Made by a program: the position numbers and the translations under genes. A stretch of 64,000 nucleotides of DNA from assembly GCA_051971635.1 (NCBI GenBank), contig JBFPLN010000003.1:64001-128000 (forward strand). The letters are read 5' to 3'. The stretch's first letter is position 1. Each line of letters starts with the position of its first letter. Origin of the DNA: Candidatus Atelocyanobacterium thalassae. GTDB taxonomy: Bacteria > Cyanobacteriota > Cyanobacteriia > Cyanobacteriales > Microcystaceae. Below are positions 56,137 to 64,000 of the stretch, one piece after another. The notes under the pieces are model-generated. The model was not told the origin of the DNA. It worked only from the letters and a program-made list of their open reading frames with translations, and made no database searches.

Positions 56137-57318
56137 TTATTTAAGTGTACTGATAAAATCTTCTATTCTATTCATTCCCTTTTCAATAGATATTAAGTCA
56201 GCAGCATAAGAAATACGTATACAACCATTGTTACCGAAAGCTTGTCCCGGGATAACAGCAACTTGATATTTTTCCAATAAATCATTTGAAAATTGAATAG
56301 AACTTTTACTTATCTGACTAATATCAATAAATACATAAAATGCTCCCATTGGAATAGGACAACTTATTTTTGGAATTGCTGCAATTCTTTGAAGGATACT
56401 TTGACGACGTTCAGTGAAAGCATTTAACATTCCCTGGATACACGTTGAAGATTCTTTTGCCTTTAGAGCAGTAATAGCACCATATTGAGCAAAAGTACAA
56501 ACATTAGAAGTACTATGACTTTGAATGGTATTTACAGCTTTAATTAAATTATCAGGGCCTGCCAAATAACCTAGGCGCCACCCAGTCATAGCATAACTTT
56601 TAGAGAATCCATTACTAATAATTGTTTTTTTAAAGATATCTTCCCCTAACGCCCCAATACTAATATGTTCCGCTTTGGAATATAGAATTTTTTCATAAAT
56701 TTCATCAGAAACAACCCATATATCATTGTCTACAATTATCTCTGCTAACTTTTTAATTTCTTGATATGTATAAACTGCGCCAGTAGGATTAGAAGGAGAA
56801 TTAAGAATAAATAACTTTGTTTTTGAAGTAATAACCTTTAATAACTGTTCAGGTGTAATTTTATAATTTGTTTCTGCTTTAGTTTCTACGATAATAGGTA
56901 CGCCTTTTGCTAATCTAACCATCTCAGGATAGCTAAGCCAATATGGAGCAGGAATAATTACTTCATCTCCACTTTCTATTAAAGCTAGCATTAGATTAAA
57001 TAATGAATGTTTACCTCCGTTTGTTACAGTAATATTATCAGGAGTATAGTCGAGTTTATTATCTTCTTTTAGCTTATCTACGATAGCCTTTTTCAAGGCC
57101 ATCTCACCTGATACAGGTCCATACTTAGTTTTTCCTTCCTGTAAAGCTAATACTGCTGAGTTTTTAATATGTTGAGGTGTATCAAAGTCTGGCTCTCCCG
57201 AACTAAGACTATAGACGTCCATACCTTGTGTCTTCATTTGTTTAGCTTTAGCAGCAATACCAAGGGTTATCGAGGGAGTAATTTGTTTTACTCTTGCCGC
57301 TAGTTGATTCATATTCAC
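56137..57318 (-). CDS. aspC: PLP-dependent aspartate aminotransferase (class I)
   Basis: [22 protein letters not shown] and [12 protein letters not shown] motifs. Confidence 0.92.
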   Translation of the reverse strand: MNMNQLAARVKQITPSITLGIAAKAKQMKTQGMDVYSLSSGEPDFDTPQHIKNSAVLALQEGKTKYGPVSGEMALKKAIVDKLKEDNKLDYTPDNITVTNGGKHSLFNLMLALIESGDEVIIPAPYWLSYPEMVRLAKGVPIIVETKAETNYKITPEQLLKVITSKTKLFILNSPSNPTGAVYTYQEIKKLAEIIVDNDIWVVSDEIYEKILYSKAEHISIGALGEDIFKKTIISNGFSKSYAMTGWRLGYLAGPDNLIKAVNTIQSHSTSNVCTFAQYGAITALKAKESSTCIQGMLNAFTERRQSILQRIAAIPKISCPIPMGAFYVFIDISQISKSSIQFSNDLLEKYQVAVIPGQAFGNNGCIRISYAADLISIEKGMNRIEDFISTLK

Positions 57319-57590
57319 TCTTCTAAATCTAATACATTACTATTAGTTACTCTACAACATTTCCCTTATAATACACTCCTAGTAATACTTTCTTTTTTAT
57401 TGAAGATAAAAAACTATACAACATAGCATCACTTAAGTTGACCTATATGATTAAATTTTAGTAACAATAGGTAAAATTTAGAGATATCTAGTCTATGAAC
57501 CCAGTTGATTGTTTTTATTTAAAATATATGTACTTTCATGATTAAATAATTTCAAATTATAAGATTAATTAAGTTAGTTATATTGTTTTT

Positions 57591-59051
57591 TTATCTTGTT
57601 AACAAAATATTTATTGAAGCTTCACTCCAACGTAATAGCCAGTTTGGTTGAATTCCTAGTATTATAATTAAAAGTGCTAAAAGTAATGCTGGAGAGCGTT
57701 CAGACCAGTATATACGAGGAAGATTAACTAATCTCGGAGTTAATCTTCCGAAAAATACACGATTCACCATTAATAAAAAATATACTGCTGTTAAACCACT
57801 ACCTACTAAGCAGAGTAATGTTTGGATTGGAAAGATAGGGAAACTACCTCTAAATACAAGAAATTCTGCAATAAAGCCAATCATACCAGGTATGCCAGAA
57901 CTCGCCATGACTCCGAGAATAATTAAGCTTCCTGTAATGGGCAGCCCATGTTGTGGATTAAATAAACCAGATAAGAAATCTACATCACGACTACCGGTCT
58001 TTTCGTAAACAATTCCAACAAGAAGAAATAATAAAGAAGAAATTAATCCATGACTAATCATTTGAAAAACAGTAGCATTTAAACTTAATGGAGTACTTGC
58101 AGAGGATCCCAATAAGATGTAAGCCATGTGAGCAATAGAAGAATAAGCAACTACCTTTTTCATATCTTTTTGTGCGATAGCACAAGAAGCTCCATACAGT
58201 GCACTAACAACAGCCAGAGTAGCTAGTACGGGGGCTAGGTATAGCCATGCATCTGTAAACAAACCAATTCCAAAACGTAATAGCCCGTAGGTACCTAGTT
58301 TTAATAAAACTCCTGCTAACAAAATAGAAACAGGAGTTGAAGCCTCTACATGTGTGTCTGGCAGCCACGTATGAAAAGGAACGATAGGAATTTTAATACT
58401 TAAGCCTATCAACAATGGAATTAATAAAAACAGCTGATTTATAAGGGGTAAAGAATGAGAGCGTAAAGACCAGTAATTAAACGTATGTATTCCTGATAAC
58501 CAGACTAATCCTAAGAAAGATATAAAAACAAAAATTCCAGAAATAGATGTATATATTAAAAACTTAATAGAAGCGTAATCACGTCTTATTCCACCCCAAA
58601 TCACTAGTAAAAAATATAGTGGAATAGTTTCTAACTCATAAAAAATAAAAAATAAGAGTAAATCTTGAGAGAGGAAGGCCCCAGAAATACCACTGTTTAA
58701 AATAAATATTAATCCGTAATAAAGTCTTGGTCTCTGAATATTTTGACTACTACTATAAATAGTAATTAGAGTAAGAAAATTATTGAGACATAATAAAGGT
58801 AACGATAACCCATCAACTCCAATGCTATAGTTTAGACCAATTTTTTCTATCCAAAAAAAAGATTCATAAAACTGAATTTCGGGATTATTTATATTAAAGT
58901 TAAAGCCAATGGCTAAAGTTAAAGCTAATAATAAGACTGATATAGAAATAGCGAATAAACGACAATAGTTATTATCTTGTTGTTTAAAAAAAAATATTAT
59001 TAAAATAGCACTTAATAAAGGTAACCAAATTAAGCAACTAAGAATCGGCAA
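57591..59051 (-). CDS. ndhD4: NDH-1 subunit NdhD4 (CO2-uptake type)
   Basis: NuoM family; GVDGLSLPL, RPRLYY, HTWLPD.HVEASTP and LMVNRVFFGRL motifs; follows ndhF4. Confidence 0.88.
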   Translation of the reverse strand: MPILSCLIWLPLLSAILIIFFFKQQDNNYCRLFAISISVLLLALTLAIGFNFNINNPEIQFYESFFWIEKIGLNYSIGVDGLSLPLLCLNNFLTLITIYSSSQNIQRPRLYYGLIFILNSGISGAFLSQDLLLFFIFYELETIPLYFLLVIWGGIRRDYASIKFLIYTSISGIFVFISFLGLVWLSGIHTFNYWSLRSHSLPLINQLFLLIPLLIGLSIKIPIVPFHTWLPDTHVEASTPVSILLAGVLLKLGTYGLLRFGIGLFTDAWLYLAPVLATLAVVSALYGASCAIAQKDMKKVVAYSSIAHMAYILLGSSASTPLSLNATVFQMISHGLISSLLFLLVGIVYEKTGSRDVDFLSGLFNPQHGLPITGSLIILGVMASSGIPGMIGFIAEFLVFRGSFPIFPIQTLLCLVGSGLTAVYFLLMVNRVFFGRLTPRLVNLPRIYWSERSPALLLALLIIILGIQPNWLLRWSEASINILLTR

Positions 59052-59223
59052 TTTTTTAACTCCTAGAATATGAAAAAAATACTTATATAATCATTAGTTA
59101 TGATGACCTATAGTCGAAGAAGATATTTTTAGCATTTTGTTCACAATATCTTTATTTAAGAATGAAAGCTAATTAGAAAAATTAGTTAATATGAAAAACA
59201 AAACTAACATTAGAAATTACTTA

Positions 59224-61080
59224 TTATTGATTTCTAAACAAGAACCATATTAATATACTAAACCATAATCCTGAAAATATAGTTAATATATATAGCTGTA
59301 ATTGTCCCGACCCAGCATATTTTAGAATACTACTACTAAAAAAAACTATATAACTAATTAAATTATTTAATCCGTCAAGAATATAACTATCAAACCAGGA
59401 TGTTATACGTGAAATATTTTTAACTAAGCCTACAATAGTCACTGCATAAATCTGTTCTAAATAGAAATCATGAGCAAATATATCTTGAAAAAAATGTAAC
59501 CACAAGTTAGTAGATTGTTTTCTAAATATTGTGTGTATAGCTCCAAAGAAACATCCAAATAAGCCTGATAAAATAATCAAAAAACACGATGGGCTCATTA
59601 TAAATGGGTGATTAGTCAATGTCATAGATACTGGAGATAGCTCTAATTTCCAATGAATAGGGATAATCGGTTCAATTAAAACAAAAACTATTAAGATCAT
59701 CATGGGAAGTGACATAAGCCAAGCAACCTCTGGTGTTCGTTTAGTTTTATTTTGGAGATCCCCTAAAAAAACAGTACAAAAAACTCTAGTTAGATTAAAC
59801 GCACATAATACATTGATGATTAGTAAAGTAGCTAATAAGTAAGAAGATATATCCCAATAACTTTCAAGCCAGCTTCTCCACGTCCAGAACATTCCCATAG
59901 GAAACAATGCAATTAAACCGGTTAAACCAACAAGAAAAGCGATAGTGGTGATTGGCATTCTTGACCATAAACCTCCCATTTCTGTAATATTTTGACTATT
60001 CGTAGTGAAAATAACAGATCCAGCACTCATAAATAAAAGTGCTTTTGGTATTGAATGTGCATAAATTAACAAGAACGCAATATCAACATGTCCTAAACCA
60101 ACAGCAATAAATACTAACCCTAAATAAGTACTTGTAGAATGACATAAAGCTCTTTTAATATCTACTTGGGCCATAGCCATTAAAGAAGTACCAATACAAG
60201 TTATGACTCCTAAGATAATGAGTATATTAGAGGACATGGATGATAAAGCAAAAAGTGGTTGTAACTTGATAAGAACATAAGCTCCAGCAGATACAACGAT
60301 AGAGTTTCTCATAATACTTGCAGGAGTAGGTCCTTCCATAGCTTTATCTAACCACAGATTTAGAGGGAATTGAGCACATTTACCTGTTAATCCTGCGATA
60401 AGTGACAACCCTAGTAAAGTTGCATTTAACGTAGATATTGGAGCATTTAAAGCCCAAGTTTCTAATTCAGAGAAAGTTAGTCCTTCTCCATAACTTGATA
60501 AAGCTACCAATCCCATAAAAAAAATAATATCTCCTACTCTTTTAGTTAAAAATGCGTCTCTTGCCGCTGTTTTTACAAGTGGTTGAGCATACCAAAAACC
60601 TACTAAAAGATATGTAGATAAAGTTAAAATTTCTAAAAGTCCATAACTTAATAGCAAAGAATCACTTAGAGCAATACCTCCTAAAGATGCTTCGAAAATT
60701 CCCATCATTCCCAAAAAACGGGCTAAGGACCAGTCTTTTTCCATATAGCCTAAAGTATAGATCTGGGATAAAAAGCTAATACAAGTAATAAGTTCTAAAG
60801 CCCCTAAACTAATTGGAGATAATTCAACAGATAAAGATAAATGTAAATTAGCTATATTGAGCCAATTAAAAGCTAAATGTTTAACTGGTCTGCCCCAAAT
60901 TAGGAGAAAAGCGAGGGAACTATGAATAAATGCCAGGCAGCTCATTAATAAATTTAAATAAGCTCCAAAAAGAGGCCCAGTTCTGAGAGTAATATTGATT
61001 GACCAAGGTAGGGAAAGTAATGTGCCTATCAAACCATAGAAAGGAATTAGCCAGCTACTATACAGAAAAAAAATACTCAT
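59224..61080 (-). CDS. ndhF4: NDH-1 subunit NdhF4 (CO2-uptake type)
   Basis: F4-type words IPFYGLIG, GYMEKDWSLARF, GFWYAQPLV.TAARDAFLTKRVGD and SSYGEGLTFS. Confidence 0.88.
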   Translation of the reverse strand: MSIFFLYSSWLIPFYGLIGTLLSLPWSINITLRTGPLFGAYLNLLMSCLAFIHSSLAFLLIWGRPVKHLAFNWLNIANLHLSLSVELSPISLGALELITCISFLSQIYTLGYMEKDWSLARFLGMMGIFEASLGGIALSDSLLLSYGLLEILTLSTYLLVGFWYAQPLVKTAARDAFLTKRVGDIIFFMGLVALSSYGEGLTFSELETWALNAPISTLNATLLGLSLIAGLTGKCAQFPLNLWLDKAMEGPTPASIMRNSIVVSAGAYVLIKLQPLFALSSMSSNILIILGVITCIGTSLMAMAQVDIKRALCHSTSTYLGLVFIAVGLGHVDIAFLLIYAHSIPKALLFMSAGSVIFTTNSQNITEMGGLWSRMPITTIAFLVGLTGLIALFPMGMFWTWRSWLESYWDISSYLLATLLIINVLCAFNLTRVFCTVFLGDLQNKTKRTPEVAWLMSLPMMILIVFVLIEPIIPIHWKLELSPVSMTLTNHPFIMSPSCFLIILSGLFGCFFGAIHTIFRKQSTNLWLHFFQDIFAHDFYLEQIYAVTIVGLVKNISRITSWFDSYILDGLNNLISYIVFFSSSILKYAGSGQLQLYILTIFSGLWFSILIWFLFRNQ

Positions 61081-61350
61081 TTATAGTGATTAATTTACTT
61101 TAATTAAATTAGTTTGGAAAATATTATTAAAACCATATACTACCTTTTTCTATTGTTATAAGATGATTTATATTTAAAATCGCACTTTCTAAAAGCATTT
61201 AGTTTTAACTGTATACTTAACATTTAAGTTATGTAAGACTAGTTTTTAAAGACTATTAAGTTAAAAAAAATAGATTATATCTTCTCTCTATAATCAAAAT
61301 ATAATTATTCTTATGTAGTAAAATCATTAGACAATATCATGATATTCAGG

Positions 61351-61422
61351 ATTAACTATTTGAAAATAATTAAAAACCATAGTTTATGACTAAGCTTTTA
61401 TAAGTATTTTCAAATAGTTAAT
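61351..61422. terminator. Long degenerate hairpin downstream of cbiD
   Basis: Perfect 18-bp outer arms ATTAACTATTTGAAAATA/TATTTTCAAATAGTTAAT around a 36-nt partly self-complementary core. Confidence 0.7.
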
Positions 61423-61463
61423 TACTTGAAAAATTGATTAAAATCTAATTTTCTTGTCAGAAA

Positions 61464-62594
61464 TTAGATTTTAATTAATTTTTCAAATAACGATTTTCCT
61501 GTTCTACTAAATACAACAATAGATCTGTTTCGCTTAAACAGAACAGATCCTATATTAATGTTAAAATTAACATATTTATTAATATAAGATTGTGCTTTTT
61601 TATCAATTGTTTCAGCGATTGATTGATAAATTTTAGTACTCCATTGACTTTTTGTTTCTTCATCTAGCTTTCTTAAAAGAGATAAAGCATCTTCTGCTGT
61701 TTGACAACTAAACAAACTTTTCAAATTTTTGAGTGGTAATCCTACTTTAACTCCATGAGTTATTAATACTTCTAATCTTCCATCTGCCAAATGATGGTGA
61801 GTGTTAAAAATACCTCCTGCAAGTTTAATTAATTTTCCATGATATCCAAACAATAGAATAGAATTAATTCTTTCAACTCCGGCCATTATTAATAATGGTC
61901 CTATCCAGTTAGCTGTTTTAATTAAGTTAGAAGGATGGATACCTATACTTCTAGCTAAGGATAAACCGTTTTCCCCTAAACAAAATACTAAAGTATTAGT
62001 CTTCTGAGATTTTTTCTGTAACTCTTTTTGACAATTTTGTAATTGACCAGATGTACTTAAAGGTCTAGATATACCAGAAGTTCCTAATAATGATAATCCT
62101 TGAATTATACCAAACGCTTCATTTGAAGTTTGCTTTGCAAGTTTTCGTCCTTCTGGCAAAATTATTGTAACTATAATTTTTTCTGTAGAAGTTAAGTAAA
62201 ATTGTAAGTTATGTCTTAATAGTTTTTGAGCATAGGAATAGATAGCATCTTTAAAGCCATTATGACTTTGTTTACCAATTCCTTCTCCCCCTTGTATGAT
62301 AACTTCTGTCTGATTAGCTTTATGTTTTTTTGACTCTATCATTACCCAAACAGGAGTATTTTTAGTCAAATCAAGATTATCTCCTGGATTACTAATAGTG
62401 ATTGCTAGAGATTGACGTTGTTGAATCTTAGCTACTTGATCAATAGAGACAGCTATTATATTTGATGGTTCAACTAAGTCGATATAAATTTTGTCATTAA
62501 TTTTTCTATTTTGCAGGCGAAACAAGGCTGCAATTGCTGATGCACAAGCAAAGACAGGTAGAGTATAGCCATAGGAAGGCATGATATTATTCAT
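61464..62594 (-). CDS. cbiD: Cobalt-precorrin-5B C1-methyltransferase CbiD
   Basis: GYTLPVFACA, PGDNLDLT, GLSLLGTSG and GYHGKLIKLAGGIF motifs. Confidence 0.93.
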   Translation of the reverse strand: MNNIMPSYGYTLPVFACASAIAALFRLQNRKINDKIYIDLVEPSNIIAVSIDQVAKIQQRQSLAITISNPGDNLDLTKNTPVWVMIESKKHKANQTEVIIQGGEGIGKQSHNGFKDAIYSYAQKLLRHNLQFYLTSTEKIIVTIILPEGRKLAKQTSNEAFGIIQGLSLLGTSGISRPLSTSGQLQNCQKELQKKSQKTNTLVFCLGENGLSLARSIGIHPSNLIKTANWIGPLLIMAGVERINSILLFGYHGKLIKLAGGIFNTHHHLADGRLEVLITHGVKVGLPLKNLKSLFSCQTAEDALSLLRKLDEETKSQWSTKIYQSIAETIDKKAQSYINKYVNFNINIGSVLFKRNRSIVVFSRTGKSLFEKLIKI

Positions 62595-63430
62595 AGTATT
62601 TCCTTAGTATTTAAGTTAAAGGAACAATGGGGACAGGAAATATTTTCTGTAGAGCAATTAGATAAATTATAGTCATCAAGAATGGGGTAACCACATCCTG
62701 TACACATCTTATAGCTACCTTTTTCTAATTTATGTTTAACAGCAACTCTTTCATCAAAGACAAAACATTCTCCCTCCCACAAACTTTGAGATTCAGAAAT
62801 ACTTTTTAAGTAGTTTAAGACTCCTCCTTTGAGATGAAAAACTTCTTTAAATCCTTTTTGTAATAGATACGACGAAGCTTTTTCACATCTTATTCCTCCA
62901 GTACAAAACATAGCAACTTTTTGATGTTTCTCAGGATTTAAGTGATTTTTAATATAACTGGGGAATTCTCTGAAAAAATGAGTTTGAGGATTGATTGCGC
63001 CTTTAAATGTTCCAATTGCTATTTCATAAATATTTCTTGTATCAATTACAAGAATTTCTTCGTTTTCAAGTATGTTATTCCATTCTTTAGGATCAACATA
63101 AGTACCTACTTGTTGTTCCGGAGAAATATCAGGAATTCCTAGAGTTACTATTTCTTTTTTTAATCGAACTTTAATGCGTTTAAAAGGAAGGTAAGAAGAT
63201 ATAGAATATTTGACTTCTAAATCTAGAAAGTGGATATCCTCTTTTAAGTAATCTACTATTGCGTTGACATTATCACAAGTTCCAGCAATGGTTCCATTTA
63301 TTCCTTCTTGGGAAAGTAGTATAGTTCCTTTAATATCGTAATCTTGACAATACTTAAGTAGTGATGACTTTTTCTCAGCATATTTAGAAAAAAAAATAAA
63401 TTTGTAAAAAGTGGCAACAGTATAAGACAT
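62591..63430 (-). CDS. trhO: UPF0176 rhodanese-domain protein, oxygen-dependent tRNA U34 hydroxylase
   Basis: EGINGT, DTRN.YE, MFCTGGIRCEKAS and CFVFDERV motifs; overlaps the cbiD start by 4 bp. Confidence 0.9.
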   Translation of the reverse strand: MSYTVATFYKFIFFSKYAEKKSSLLKYCQDYDIKGTILLSQEGINGTIAGTCDNVNAIVDYLKEDIHFLDLEVKYSISSYLPFKRIKVRLKKEIVTLGIPDISPEQQVGTYVDPKEWNNILENEEILVIDTRNIYEIAIGTFKGAINPQTHFFREFPSYIKNHLNPEKHQKVAMFCTGGIRCEKASSYLLQKGFKEVFHLKGGVLNYLKSISESQSLWEGECFVFDERVAVKHKLEKGSYKMCTGCGYPILDDYNLSNCSTENISCPHCSFNLNTKEIL

Positions 63431-63594
63431 AAAAAATATTTTTATAAATAACTATGACAGAATAATAACAAAAAAACTTTTAAAAAATTAATATATACGT
63501 TTCTAAAGGCTATTGGTACCAACCATAATTTCGACTAAAAATAACTATGTATCTTAGATAAGTTAACTATTTAAAATGATAAATTAAAAAAAAC

Positions 63595-63624
63595 TTGCAT
63601 ATTTGTATTATTATTGTGTATACT
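63595..63624 (+). promoter_or_regulatory. Putative promoter of tRNA-Ala
   Basis: A-tract, TTGCAT, 18-nt spacer, TATACT. Confidence 0.45.
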
Positions 63625-63675
63625 AGTAAAGGTTGAGAAACGATTCATAGTCTAGAAAAATCTGTGTATAACTTT

Positions 63676-63748
63676 GGGGGTTTAGCTCAGTTGGTAGAGC
63701 GCCTGCTTTGCAAGCAGGATGTCAGCGGTTCAAGTCCGCTAATCTCCA
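63676..63748 (+). tRNA. trnA-UGC: tRNA-Ala (anticodon UGC)
   Basis: GGGGGTT/AATCTCC acceptor stem with G3:U70; CCTGC-TTTGCAA-GCAGG anticodon arm; GGTTCAAGTCC T-loop. Confidence 0.97.
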
Positions 63749-64000
63749 TACTTTTATAGAATAAACTATAAGTACTACCATAAAGATAATCTTTGAATGG
63801 AGTATATTTTTAATATTATATATAGTACAAATTATTGAGTATTTTGACCTTATTAGATTTCTTAGTAATTTTAAAGTATAAATTCTATCCTTTAAACCTA
63901 TACATTTAAGTCCGTTACAATCTAAAATGAGATGGATTTTACTATTTTAAATAACACTTGTGGATGTTTCACGAAACCTAGCTTTTGAATTTGATTCTAT

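Noticed and set aside
63625..63760. tRNA-Ala(UGC) as a relic of an rRNA operon (boxA-like AGTCTAGAAAA)
   Set aside because: No rRNA or tRNA-Ile remnants, and a stand-alone tRNA-Ala(UGC) is known in related unicellular cyanobacteria.
63947..64000. Possible 3' end of a minus-strand CDS (IESNSKARFRETSTSVI*)
   Set aside because: Only 18 codons at the window edge; cannot be supported.

Overview
AT-rich (roughly 30% GC by eye), gene-dense cyanobacterial chromosome segment of almost entirely housekeeping genes. It holds the atp1-atpIHGFDAC ATP synthase operon, plsX-fabH-fabD, lpxA-lpxB, crtP-crtB, mlaF-mlaD, rplU-rpmA, a TRAP dctQ-dctM pair, ndhF4-ndhD4, hypD, dnaN, menD, pcrA, trxA, mraY, cbiD and cyAbrB2. 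It also carries tRNA-Arg(ACG), tRNA-Ala(UGC), the sRNA Yfr1 and a petL gene missing from the ORF track. Protein style, low GC, near-absence of HIP1 and operons stripped of their usual partners suggest a genome-reduced Crocosphaera/Cyanothece-clade diazotroph, most likely UCYN-A (inference only). I saw no mobile elements, CRISPR arrays or defence islands. The most interesting signals are: (1) a CO2-uptake-type NdhF4/NdhD4 pair with no cupB nearby, whose Cup-interface Arg37 is replaced by Leu; (2) unusually long, near-perfect 3' inverted repeats (up to 41 bp) that run into stop codons; (3) candidate structured leaders for rplU and cyAbrB2; (4) a Yfr1 seed match over the mlaD ribosome-binding site; (5) an orphan HicB.
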